Shown here piece by piece: positions 8,681 to 17,529 of a DNA stretch of 39,668 nucleotides. The DNA comes from Candidatus Saccharimonadia bacterium (GTDB lineage: Bacteria; Patescibacteriota; Saccharimonadia; Saccharimonadales; SZUA-47): NCBI GenBank assembly GCA_938050265.1, contig CALLJT010000010.1:1-39668 (forward strand). The letters are read 5' to 3'. The position numbers and the translations under genes were made by a program. Position 1 is the stretch's first letter; each line of letters starts with the position of its first letter. The notes beneath the pieces were generated by a model. It was not told where the DNA came from. It ran no database searches and saw only the letters and a list, made by a program, of their open reading frames with translations.

Positions 8681-10345
8681 ATGAGTGTCGCTTCTCCTGA
8701 GCTCCTTCAGTCGCCAGAGGCTTTCAGCACCGAAGAGTTGAACCTTTTCGGCTTTTTCGCAGTCGAGGGCTACGAGCCTCGTATTATTCAGGACGAGGAA
8801 GGGGCAAAAGACGGAGAACTGAGTGAATTTATCTTTGTGCCGAAAGACCTGTTTGAAGCAGATAACGGTGCCGAAGATATGCCGTTCAGTAACGGCTTCC
8901 CCTTTACTCAATCTGGAGACTATAGGTGCAAAAAACATGGCTCGTATACCCAGACCGTCCTTGAACTTGGCGGGAGTGTGCTTGTCATGCCGACCAAATC
9001 AGCAGCTGGAGGCGTCAACACAGTTGTAGAAGGCATCTTCAACCCCCTGGACTTTGAAGAGGAGATGCGCAATAGAGGCATCGAACACACTGCAACTCGT
9101 GAAGAAGCAAGAGACATATTCAAAGCACTATCGCAACGAAAAAACTCAAACACACTAGCCGTTCAAGGCAGTTCAGGTGGAGCTGCAGCAGCTGCGCGCT
9201 TCATACATCTTGTGCCAGACCTTGCTAAACAGCTGTTTGGCGAAGATGTCGATGTATCAAAAATCGTATGGTTCGAAAGTGACTTGTCCGGCTCCGCACG
9301 TGACACACGCGCTTCCGTAGGAGCACCGATCGGCATGAAGCTACGTGCTACTAACCCCCATATAACACAGGGCAAAGAAGCAACGAGCAGTGTACACTCA
9401 CTCGCAGACCACGTCGTAACAGCCCACACGACAGAAGATACCGCTCGTATCAACCAGGCTATTGCCCAGCACCGACACCCACGTCGTATAGAACAAGCAC
9501 CTAACTGGCCAGGATTGATTGGCCGGAAAGCGTCAAAATTAGGTACGATTGCAGTTGTCCCGAGCATAGACAACGTGCAAGACTGGGCAGAAATCCACTC
9601 CAACCGAGAACGCCGTGCGTCGCTCAACCATGCGGCCGCACTCCTGAACCAAGCAGAAGGCATATCCGTCAAATGGTTCGATGAAGGACCCATGCCAGCA
9701 CACCACCCTGACGTGCTTGACATGTTCATCGATGCAACTGCAGACGCATCCAGAGAAGACAGACAATGGATAGACGATGCTGCAAAACGCATAGGCTACA
9801 AGGGACCAAAAGACAGAAAAGCACTCTCTGATGTGTACGCTGCTCTTTCTGTGCAGCAACTCGACCCATCTGCACTAAAAGGCATCGCAACTATACTCGA
9901 CAAGAACCGTGCACATGTCCGTGAATGGCTCTCAGGTAACAACGCATCAGCACTCATGTACGCTGAACCCCAAGAACAATACCCGACAGTTGGCGAGGGC
10001 CACATGCTACCCCCAATACTCAGTAAAACCATGGGGATAATGGCTGATAGTCGGTACGCGGACAACAAGACGTGGTCAAAAATGATGCACGAGATAGCCA
10101 AGTGGTCCTTAGGCGGCAGACTACCCGATAACGATGCTTGGACAGGCATACTCGATCTCGACGAGATAGTGTTCAACATCAATACTGGCGGAAACACACG
10201 ACCGCGGGCTATCGCAATCGCTACCCCCTATGTCCACCCGGAAGATTACGCGCAGTATCCAAACGAGGATCCCGTTACAGCAGGAGATGTCCTAGCACTC
10301 GCACACGAAGGAGGACCCCTGCATGGAGTGCTCGCCAAACTATAA
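8681..10345 (+). CDS. Large hypothetical protein, possibly a highly divergent GT-B (GT4-like) glycosyltransferase
   Basis: 554 aa from ATG 8681 (TATAGT 6 nt upstream). YPTVGEGHMLPPILS resembles the GT4 PSxxEGFGLPxLEA motif, and ADHVVT and NTGG fit weakly. The ORF is solid; the function is tentative. Confidence 0.5.
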   Translation: MSVASPELLQSPEAFSTEELNLFGFFAVEGYEPRIIQDEEGAKDGELSEFIFVPKDLFEADNGAEDMPFSNGFPFTQSGDYRCKKHGSYTQTVLELGGSVLVMPTKSAAGGVNTVVEGIFNPLDFEEEMRNRGIEHTATREEARDIFKALSQRKNSNTLAVQGSSGGAAAAARFIHLVPDLAKQLFGEDVDVSKIVWFESDLSGSARDTRASVGAPIGMKLRATNPHITQGKEATSSVHSLADHVVTAHTTEDTARINQAIAQHRHPRRIEQAPNWPGLIGRKASKLGTIAVVPSIDNVQDWAEIHSNRERRASLNHAAALLNQAEGISVKWFDEGPMPAHHPDVLDMFIDATADASREDRQWIDDAAKRIGYKGPKDRKALSDVYAALSVQQLDPSALKGIATILDKNRAHVREWLSGNNASALMYAEPQEQYPTVGEGHMLPPILSKTMGIMADSRYADNKTWSKMMHEIAKWSLGGRLPDNDAWTGILDLDEIVFNINTGGNTRPRAIAIATPYVHPEDYAQYPNEDPVTAGDVLALAHEGGPLHGVLAKL

Positions 10346-10473
10346 TCACCACTAAAACACCCCTGCTAGAGACACGATAGACACAACATGGGGCTCGTCA
10401 CCGTGAATCAACACACACTCCTCTAGCTTGACGCCAAGCCGTTTCTCAGCAAGCATGAAGATTGCTGCTCGCA

Positions 10474-10734
10474 TTATTTCCTGTACACGTCCTTTCGGTG
10501 CCTGACCCGCAAAATAAGTATAATAATCTCCTTGTCATGTATGTCGTATACCACTCTATAGTCTCCGACTCTCATACGCCACGAACTTGAACCAACCATT
10601 GACCGCACATTGCCTTTGCGTGGGTCTTGGGACAGTTTGTATAGTGCTTTGTCAATCTGAAGCCGTATATCTGGCGGGAGTTTCTTGCGTTCTCTCTCTG
10701 CAGATTTTACAAACTCAACTGCGTAGATCATCAA
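10474..10734 (-). CDS. Type II toxin, RelE/ParE family
   Basis: Y.VEF.KSA.RE.KKL...WRMRVGDYRVVYDI......ILRVRHRKDVY. Confidence 0.93.
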   Translation of the reverse strand: MMIYAVEFVKSAERERKKLPPDIRLQIDKALYKLSQDPRKGNVRSMVGSSSWRMRVGDYRVVYDIHDKEIIILILRVRHRKDVYRK

Positions 10735-10954
10735 ATGTAAGTCCGCTCTCTTTCAGCACCTCCTCAAAAGATACAGTCGGCTCCCGGCGGCGCTTTTTGA
10801 CTACTTGTGCGTCCTCAATGTCTTCAAGCATGTCCGCAAAATGTTCATTCACAATCTGCGAAACGGATAGCCTATCGGCAACCGCCTTGTGCTTGATGAA
10901 ACTCTTCACTTTAGGATTTAGATAGATCGTCGTTTTTTCAGATAAATTGCTCAT
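10715..10954 (-). CDS. Antitoxin (ribbon-helix-helix/CopG-like) of the RelE toxin
   Basis: 79 aa, KTTIYL...ED.ED......R..EPTVSFEEV; overlaps the toxin start; TATAAT 6 nt before the ATG. Confidence 0.85.
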   Translation of the reverse strand: MSNLSEKTTIYLNPKVKSFIKHKAVADRLSVSQIVNEHFADMLEDIEDAQVVKKRRREPTVSFEEVLKESGLTFDDLRS

Positions 10955-10969
10955 TCTACCATTATAGCG

Positions 10970-11497
10970 TCATGACGTTATAGCGTCAATTTCTAAGTCA
11001 CCTCCAGCCGTTTCTAGATACTTTTGCATTGTACAGATGAATCCTGGAGTGTATTTCTTATCCCAGTGCGCGTTAATGTCCTGCACGATCTGCTCAACAC
11101 TCATGCGCCGCAACTCCTCAACCTCGTCATTTGGGCTAAACACCCAATCCCTTGGTGCGATGCAGGTATAGATACCGAAATGATGGTTTCCTGCATCAAT
11201 GGGTGACGCGTAGCCAGTGGCGACTTCTTGCAGGTCCGCCTCCATATCAAGTTCTTCTTTAAGCTCACGCACTGCAGCCTCTCGGTACGTCTCGCCAGGG
11301 TCAACATGCCCGCCAGCTGCGTGGTCCAGTAACCCACCAGACTTTTTATGTACCTGCACATACAGCTCGCCACTTACATCGAATACATATATTGCTGCGG
11401 CTCGGTGATGTAAGCGTTCAGTATGTATAACTTCCTTACTCGCCATCCGACCCGTGGATACATCGTGCTCGTCAACTACTTCGTACAGTTCAGGCAT
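10970..11497 (-). CDS. Nudix hydrolase (IPP-isomerase/YfcD-like subgroup)
   Basis: VVDE.D, LHHRAAAIYVF, Nudix box GGHVDPGETYREAAVRELKEEL, and DEVEE. Confidence 0.88.
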   Translation of the reverse strand: MPELYEVVDEHDVSTGRMASKEVIHTERLHHRAAAIYVFDVSGELYVQVHKKSGGLLDHAAGGHVDPGETYREAAVRELKEELDMEADLQEVATGYASPIDAGNHHFGIYTCIAPRDWVFSPNDEVEELRRMSVEQIVQDINAHWDKKYTPGFICTMQKYLETAGGDLEIDAITS

Positions 11498-11810
11498 TTT
11501 GATCGACTCTTTCTAGATAGAGCTTTTTACTGAACGCACCGTTGGTTTTGGCTTTGTCGTGACGCACAGTTTCAAGCTCGTTCATCGATACATCTAGACG
11601 ACTTAGGAGTGCGTGCACCACTTCTTGTAGGTCGGCAAGCTCTTTCAGCATGTCCTCTGTGCTCGTCGCCTGACGCACCTCATTAGATTCCTCTAAGAGC
11701 TTGGCTTTGAGTGCTTCGAGATACTCTGCTTCATCCAGCACCCGTACAATCGGGATTTCGCCGGCGTCTTTGATGATTTCTGGTATATTATCACGAATAA
11801 GTTTTTGCAT
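11490..11810 (-). CDS. MazG-like all-alpha NTP pyrophosphohydrolase
   Basis: KLIRDNIPEII...L.AKLLEE..E...KELADLQEV...K...NGAF.K..YL; overlaps the Nudix start. Confidence 0.88.
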   Translation of the reverse strand: MQKLIRDNIPEIIKDAGEIPIVRVLDEAEYLEALKAKLLEESNEVRQATSTEDMLKELADLQEVVHALLSRLDVSMNELETVRHDKAKTNGAFSKKLYLERVDQNA

Positions 11811-11843
11811 TAATTACCTACGTTCAAGTATAGCACTGCACGC

Positions 11844-12236
11844 TCATAAGGATGCGTCCACTACGTCGTCCAGGTCCATGTCGAGTAACACGCTATCCGC
11901 CGTAAGAAATAGCGCGCCCTCGCTCAAAGCCTGAGACAAGAGCATACGATCAAAAGGATCATGCCGAGCAAGACTTTGCAGACCCTGCAGATGCTCCGAA
12001 TGTTTCGCTTCGTAGCAAAGCTCAACGAGTCCGTGGCGTACCAGTACGTCGGCTGTTAAGGGCGCTGGCTTCAGCTTTTTGAGCATAACCTTCATCGATA
12101 TCTCAGTCAGCGAGATTGGTGAAAAATACACAACTGAGCTGCGAATGCTCTCTTGAGCTCGTTTCCCGAGATTGTGGTGCTTTCGCTCATCCATCAACCA
12201 TAGTAATGCGTTGGTGTCCAGTAGTACCGCCCGCAC
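11844..12236 (-). CDS. Type II toxin, VapC/PIN domain
   Basis: LLDTNALLW, SPISLTEI and HDPFDRMLLSQA..EG..FLTAD; likely GTG start overlapping the antitoxin TAG. Confidence 0.92.
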   Translation of the reverse strand: MRAVLLDTNALLWLMDERKHHNLGKRAQESIRSSVVYFSPISLTEISMKVMLKKLKPAPLTADVLVRHGLVELCYEAKHSEHLQGLQSLARHDPFDRMLLSQALSEGALFLTADSVLLDMDLDDVVDASL

Positions 12237-12490
12237 TATTCTTGGTCCCAATCCTTCCCATAAAACAGTTCCTGGATCTCTGGGTCTGATCCAACAAAAA
12301 GAACGTCGTCCAGATGCCCTATCTCCTTTGACATCGATCCAAACTGTACAATTGTATCCTTGGGTATGGGTGCAATTATGGCGTCAGGCTTGCCATACGC
12401 GCCGACATAGATAGTCTCGCCTTTTTTTGCTCGTTTAACGAGCTTAGAGAGGTTCGTCTTTGCTTCATATATCGATAAAGTATCACTCAT
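12236..12490 (-). CDS. Phd/YefM-family antitoxin
   Basis: SIYEAKTNLSKLVKRAKKGETIYV...GKP.A.I.P. Confidence 0.92.
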   Translation of the reverse strand: MSDTLSIYEAKTNLSKLVKRAKKGETIYVGAYGKPDAIIAPIPKDTIVQFGSMSKEIGHLDDVLFVGSDPEIQELFYGKDWDQE

Positions 12491-12523
12491 GATACTGTGC
12501 ATAATACTCCAATTTTTTTATTT

Positions 12524-12543
12524 GGTCAAGTCTAGGTCAAGTC
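12524..12543 (-). promoter_or_regulatory. Direct repeat GGTCAAGTC x2 overlapping a -35-like TTGACC; probable antitoxin operator
   Basis: 9-bp direct repeat at 12524-12532 and 12535-12543 (11-bp period) upstream of the Phd-VapC pair. Confidence 0.45.
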
Positions 12544-12642
12544 ATACTCACTGCAACGATACTTTGAACACAAAAACCAGCACAGGTCAGACCATTTCCG
12601 ATCAGTCCATAATAGATAAGGGCCTTCTGGATAACCGTCGTA

Positions 12643-13071
12643 CTACTTACGTAATGTGGCTAGTATCTGCGGCAGACCAAAAAACATAATAATTAGCAGA
12701 CTCACCTTGACCGGAACGAAACTACCATAACTCGGACTGACGCCCGCCCAATAAAATGTGAAGTACGTCAGGAGTGGAAAAAATGTATACGCCCTCTCAA
12801 ACGACGCGTTGCGTACCGACATTTCACGCTCATCTGCCTGTCTCACACCTCGAAACCATGGCGCATATGCCCATTCCTGTAGTTTGGCAAGCACAACGGT
12901 AGAGATGGCGCAAAGCGCAACCATGCCTCGGGCAGCATTCTCGTACTGAAAATGAGTGGTCAATGGAGTAGATGGATCTATAGAAGCAGCGTGTAACGCG
13001 AGGACGAGCGCAGCGACAAAGCTCCCGACGGACACCGCTGCGTATAGTCTCTGATTACTGAGTAGGGGCAT
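12643..13071 (-). CDS. Four-TM membrane protein with DERE motif (DUF2178-like)
   Basis: Hydrophobic segments flank ADEREMSVRNAS; starts immediately after the XRE gene stop. Confidence 0.7.
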   Translation of the reverse strand: MPLLSNQRLYAAVSVGSFVAALVLALHAASIDPSTPLTTHFQYENAARGMVALCAISTVVLAKLQEWAYAPWFRGVRQADEREMSVRNASFERAYTFFPLLTYFTFYWAGVSPSYGSFVPVKVSLLIIMFFGLPQILATLRK

Positions 13072-13299
13072 TTATATATTCTCCTTTTTACGAATGAGTT
13101 GCTCAAATTGCTTGTCGCTAAAAACGTCCTCTACGCCGACTGCAAAGTGTCGGGCGATAATAAACGCTAGTTCTAGACTCGGGCTATAGTCACCCCGCTC
13201 AATAAACCCAACTGTCTGATAATTGACGCCGATAGCCTTTGCCAGATCTTGACGCGATTCTTTCCGGTCAGCTCGAAGTACTGCAATTCTGTTGTTCAT
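13072..13299 (-). CDS. XRE-family HTH transcriptional regulator
   Basis: MNNRIAVLR...SRQDLAKAIGVNYQTVGFIERGDYSPSLELAF.IA..F...VEDVF. Confidence 0.93.
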   Translation of the reverse strand: MNNRIAVLRADRKESRQDLAKAIGVNYQTVGFIERGDYSPSLELAFIIARHFAVGVEDVFSDKQFEQLIRKKENI

Positions 13300-13309
13300 A
13301 GCAAACAGA

Positions 13310-13329
13310 TTGTTGCACAAGCGCAACAA
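13310..13329. promoter_or_regulatory. Palindromic operator TTGTTGC-N6-GCAACAA
   Basis: Perfect 7-bp inverted repeat 10 nt upstream of the XRE ATG; typical autoregulatory position. Confidence 0.65.
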
Positions 13330-13357
13330 CATGTCAACCACTGGTGCCCTTCAGGCC

Positions 13358-13750
13358 TCAAGGAGCCTCTACGATTTTTGATAGTTTTTTAGCGAGTGTT
13401 TTATCAAACGACAGTAGCTTTGCGTCCTGCCTAGCAGCACTGTGTGCAAGGTACACATCAGCGAAAGATACCTTTGGTGACAGCTCGTAGTCAGTAAGCA
13501 CGCGGCCAATAAATGCTGCGTTACACGAAATATTACTATGTGTGATAACTTTCCGAATAAACCGAGCGACATCAATGTTGTCAAACTCATACACCTTGCT
13601 CAAAACCCAAGAAATTTCAATGACTGTAGCATCCGCTACATGTAGTTTGTTTTGAGAGTTATTAAGCACATCTTCTACTCGTTGTGCTTGGTCGGCAACA
13701 TCGAACAACAACCAACGAACCAAACAGTTTGTATCAAGAGCGTATGTCAT
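13358..13750 (-). CDS. Type II toxin, VapC/PIN domain
   Basis: ALDTNCLVRWL..D...Q, E..WVL...Y, SFAD.YL and LLSFDKTL; start at MTYALD. Confidence 0.9.
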   Translation of the reverse strand: MTYALDTNCLVRWLLFDVADQAQRVEDVLNNSQNKLHVADATVIEISWVLSKVYEFDNIDVARFIRKVITHSNISCNAAFIGRVLTDYELSPKVSFADVYLAHSAARQDAKLLSFDKTLAKKLSKIVEAP

Positions 13751-14021
13751 GCTTTTTCTTGTATTCTTCCGCCCGTACTTTGTTGGCCTTATCCATAATC
13801 TGTTCATCAGGCATCCCCAAGAGGCCTTTTGACTTCAAGTGTGCGTGCGCTTTTTTGCGAAGTACCATAAGATCTTCCTCGTAGGCGTCTGGCTTGACCG
13901 TAATGGTTTGGCCCCTCCGGTCCACCACAAGTCTATCACCAGTCTTAATATTCATGGAACGTCTTACTGATACGGGCAGTGTGATAGTTCCTTTGGATGT
14001 AACAGTGGTAGTGAATGCCAT
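13734..14021 (-). CDS. AbrB/MazE/SpoVT-family antitoxin
   Basis: TTTVTSKGTITLP..VRR.M.IK.GD.L; overlaps the PIN gene. Confidence 0.92.
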   Translation of the reverse strand: MAFTTTVTSKGTITLPVSVRRSMNIKTGDRLVVDRRGQTITVKPDAYEEDLMVLRKKAHAHLKSKGLLGMPDEQIMDKANKVRAEEYKKKHDIRS

Positions 14022-14085
14022 AATGTATGAAGTATATCACTTGTATTACCAAATTTTCAAGTATGAAGTGTGACGCCGGCTTAGT

Positions 14086-16776
14086 CTACAGTTCGCTCCA
14101 CTTAGGGCCGATGGTCACGTCAACTTTCAGCTTCACGCCCAAGTCCGGCTTAATTCCTTCCATGATCTTTTTCATATCGGCGCCGATTTCTTCGGCATCG
14201 GACTCGGCGCACTCGATCATGATACTGTCATGCACCTGCATGATCTGGGCCGGCCATATCTTATCGCTCTTTGCTCGACGCTCTTCGAGCATCTGCTCGA
14301 CACTCACCATAGCCATCTTGGTCAGGTCGGCTGCCCCACCCTGGATCGGCATATTGATCGCTGCACGGTATGCGCCTTCACGCACCATGTACACACTTGA
14401 CTGCACGTCCGGGGTTGGTTTGCGGCGACCCATAATCGTTTCAACGTAGCCTTTGTTTTTGGCATCGTCTTTGAACTGATCGATCATGCCTTTGAGCTTT
14501 GGGCGGACTTCAAAATATTTATCTATAAAATCTTTTGCTTCGTCATACCCTATGCCTGTACCTGCAGCCAATCCGTGCACACCTTGCCCGTACAATATGC
14601 CGAAATTCACGGCTTTAGCGGCATAGCGCATTTCTTTGGTAACGTCATCTGCGTCCACACCCTGGATCAATGCAGCTGTTTCAGTGTGGATGTCACGGTC
14701 ATTGTTAAATGCGTTGATCATAGCTTCATCTGCACTCATTGCAGCTGCGATACGGAGCTCAAACTGGCTATAATCGGCGCTAATGATTACATTACCTGGC
14801 TCTGCGATAAAACCTCGTCGTATTTCACGACCCAACTCTGTCCGCACCGGAATGTTCTGTAGGTTTGGATCAGAGCTCGATAGCCGCCCGGTAGGTGTCA
14901 CCGTCAGACTCAGTGACCCATGGACCCTGTCGCCTTCGCCGACCATCGCCGGCAGCGGGTCAACATAGGTACTTTTAAGCTTAGTGTACTCACGGTAGCG
15001 CTCTATTTCTTCGACTATTGGGTGTAGGCCTTTGAGCTTCTCAAGCACGCCTACGGCCGTACTGTAATGACCGGATTTACCTTTTTTACTCACGTTAGTC
15101 GGCAGGCTCAGCGTCTCAAACAATATCTCCGACAGCTGGGCTGGGCTCGATATATTAAACTCCGTATCCGCATAGCCATAAATCGTTTGTTCAACATCGC
15201 CGATCCAGTCCTTGAGCTGCTCAGACAACTCAGCAAAAAACTCTACATCGAGCTTCATCCCGGTTCGTTCCATCCGAGCAAGTACCGGGATAATTGGCCA
15301 TTCAACGTGTTCAAGCAGCTTGATTACGCCCGTCAGTTCACTAACTTGTTCACCCTGTAGTTCAGCCAGTCTTCGAATAACTGCTACGATCTGAGGAGAC
15401 TTCGCTAGCAGCTCTTCGTCATCGAGCGCATCAAGCTCGGTGTCTATACCGATATCGCTTGCGGCTTGTTCAGTGAGTGACAGATCCTTACGCATGCTGT
15501 TGTGCACAAATGCACCGATATACGTGTCGTGCGTCACCGCAGGTAGGTTGTCTGCCCCAAGCTCTAACAGGGTTTGAAAATGTGTTTTGAGGTCATGACC
15601 GGTTATAGAGTTGAGCAGTGAACATTGAGCAACGAGCAATGGAGTAATTTCTTTTTTATTTTTGCGCAGATCGTACACATAACACGTTTTTTCATCAGAT
15701 AGGAACACGAACTTTGGGTCTACGCCGTGCTTGCCGGCACTCCGCGCGTGTAGCACAACATCACCCTCCAGCTCAACTTTGGTCTTGGCATCAACCATCA
15801 CAACCCGTGGCTTATGCAGATCATCTATATGGTTACGTTTGTCGTCCCCTGCTCCTTGCTCACTACTCACTGCTCCACTTGCCGACGCCCGCATGCCCTC
15901 CGGTAGATTCCTCAGAAGAGACCGGAACTCTAAACGTTTCAAAATATCTGCCAGCTTGTGAGCATCGAGCTTGTCCACGTCCATCTGGTCTAGATCGAGT
16001 CCAATCGGCGCGTCGTCAAACAGCCGAGCTACTTCCCGGCTCATATAGGCAGACTCCTTGCCTGCCTCAAGCTTCTTGGCCAATGAGTGCTTAATCAATG
16101 CCAGGTTTTCGTACACTCCGTCGAGTGTGTCATATTCCTGCAGCAACTTGGCTGCACCTTTTTCGCCTATGCCTGGCACGCCTGGTATGTTGTCGGAACT
16201 GTCACCCATGAGCGCTTTTGCATCCAAAAATTGATCAACGCGGATGCCGTATTTTTCTTCGAACGCTTTTGGATCATATTTGTGTATGTTGGTCAGGCCT
16301 TTTTTTAACGCATACATATGTGTGTGTTCATCTATACTCTGCAAAGCGTCCATGTCGCTGGTGATTAGCATCGTCTCGAGGCCCTCTTTGTGTGCCTTCA
16401 GAGCCATTGTGTGCATAATGTCGTCTGCTTCGTAGTCGTCGAACTCATATAGTGGCCAGTTAAACGCCGCGAGTACTTCGTGCAGTATGGGTATTTGTTC
16501 ATAAAAATCTGGCGGTGGAGGTTTACGCCCAGCTTTGTACTCAGGGTGAACTTTGAGCCGTTTGCGTATATTGGTCTTGGGCTTGTCCCACGCGACACAG
16601 ACGTAATCTGGCTCCAGCCGCTTGATCAGCTCCAGCGCCATCGCACAAAATCCGTAGACGCCACCTGTAGGCGTACCGTCCTTTGTGCGTAAATTTGGCA
16701 TCGCATAATACCCACGGTAGAAGACGCTTTTGCCGTCAATAATCGCTAATTTTTTCCGAGACGCTACTCCTGCCAT
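14086..16776 (-). CDS. polA: DNA polymerase I
   Basis: 5'-3' exonuclease motifs (IIDG, EADD, GDSSDNIPGVPGIGEK) plus TGRLSSSDPNLQNIP, motif A DYSQFELR, motif B R..AKAVNFGILYG and motif C QVHD. Confidence 0.98.
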   Translation of the reverse strand: MAGVASRKKLAIIDGKSVFYRGYYAMPNLRTKDGTPTGGVYGFCAMALELIKRLEPDYVCVAWDKPKTNIRKRLKVHPEYKAGRKPPPPDFYEQIPILHEVLAAFNWPLYEFDDYEADDIMHTMALKAHKEGLETMLITSDMDALQSIDEHTHMYALKKGLTNIHKYDPKAFEEKYGIRVDQFLDAKALMGDSSDNIPGVPGIGEKGAAKLLQEYDTLDGVYENLALIKHSLAKKLEAGKESAYMSREVARLFDDAPIGLDLDQMDVDKLDAHKLADILKRLEFRSLLRNLPEGMRASASGAVSSEQGAGDDKRNHIDDLHKPRVVMVDAKTKVELEGDVVLHARSAGKHGVDPKFVFLSDEKTCYVYDLRKNKKEITPLLVAQCSLLNSITGHDLKTHFQTLLELGADNLPAVTHDTYIGAFVHNSMRKDLSLTEQAASDIGIDTELDALDDEELLAKSPQIVAVIRRLAELQGEQVSELTGVIKLLEHVEWPIIPVLARMERTGMKLDVEFFAELSEQLKDWIGDVEQTIYGYADTEFNISSPAQLSEILFETLSLPTNVSKKGKSGHYSTAVGVLEKLKGLHPIVEEIERYREYTKLKSTYVDPLPAMVGEGDRVHGSLSLTVTPTGRLSSSDPNLQNIPVRTELGREIRRGFIAEPGNVIISADYSQFELRIAAAMSADEAMINAFNNDRDIHTETAALIQGVDADDVTKEMRYAAKAVNFGILYGQGVHGLAAGTGIGYDEAKDFIDKYFEVRPKLKGMIDQFKDDAKNKGYVETIMGRRKPTPDVQSSVYMVREGAYRAAINMPIQGGAADLTKMAMVSVEQMLEERRAKSDKIWPAQIMQVHDSIMIECAESDAEEIGADMKKIMEGIKPDLGVKLKVDVTIGPKWSEL

Positions 16777-16854
16777 ACCTACAGTATACGCCTTGGCTCT
16801 AGCAGATGTATACTGACTGTATAGACTACGAAACTAACTTAAGGAGAACCCAGC

Positions 16855-17355
16855 ATGGACACACCTACACACGATAGTGAAACTCCGGCACACGGACAGC
16901 AAGTAATTACGGCATGTGCCTTTATACACGCCGATGTGGACGGAGTTCGTAAAGTGTTTCTACCGAAGCGCGCAGCGACAAAAAAATTTCTCCCAGGTAT
17001 ATTTGAACTTCCAGGTGGCCACATAGATTATGGCGAAGAAATGGCCACCGGCTTGAAACGTGAAATTAAAGAAGAATTCAATAAAAACATCACGGTAGGT
17101 GATCCGTTTTTTGTATTTACATATACCAATCCAGTTAAGGGGTCACACTCGATCGAAGTCGTGTATTTTGCACAGTTCAGCGACAACACGGACAACATCA
17201 TACTCGATCCATCAGACCACTCAGAATACGTGTGGGTAAGCGAAGATGAGCTTGCGACCGTCTATACGGACAATCAACAAGTCGACGATATTGAATTTAC
17301 CGCAGTCCGCAAAGGTTTTGCCTTGCTAGGTGGTGCACCCCTCGTGGCGCAGTAG
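16855..17355 (+). CDS. Nudix hydrolase
   Basis: FELPGGHIDYGEEM..GLKREIKEEF; AAGGAG RBS. Confidence 0.9.
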   Translation: MDTPTHDSETPAHGQQVITACAFIHADVDGVRKVFLPKRAATKKFLPGIFELPGGHIDYGEEMATGLKREIKEEFNKNITVGDPFFVFTYTNPVKGSHSIEVVYFAQFSDNTDNIILDPSDHSEYVWVSEDELATVYTDNQQVDDIEFTAVRKGFALLGGAPLVAQ

Positions 17356-17413
17356 CAGTAAGTGTCCCGTAGCACCCGCGCTCAAGGCTGGACGATGGGA
17401 GTTTTATATATAA

Positions 17414-17475
17414 AATGTAAAGTTTACTTTACATTAAGAGAGTCAGTGCTTTACTATGTAAAGGTCACTATACAT
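17414..17475. promoter_or_regulatory. Tandem palindromic operators TGTAAAG-N4-CT(T/A)TACA
   Basis: AATGTAAAG-TTTA-CTTTACATT (17414-17435) and ATGTAAAG-GTCA-CTATACAT (17456-17475), centres 41 nt apart, upstream of the spondin gene. Confidence 0.7.
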
Positions 17476-17529
17476 TATCAGTATACATGACGCGTAGGGT
17501 ATAAATAACAAATTGGTAAAAGGAGCTTT

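Noticed and set aside
10346..14085. Integron cassette array explaining the two-gene modules
   Set aside because: No RYYYAAC...GTTRRRY palindromic attC sites seen between modules and no integrase in the window. IntegronFinder would settle it.
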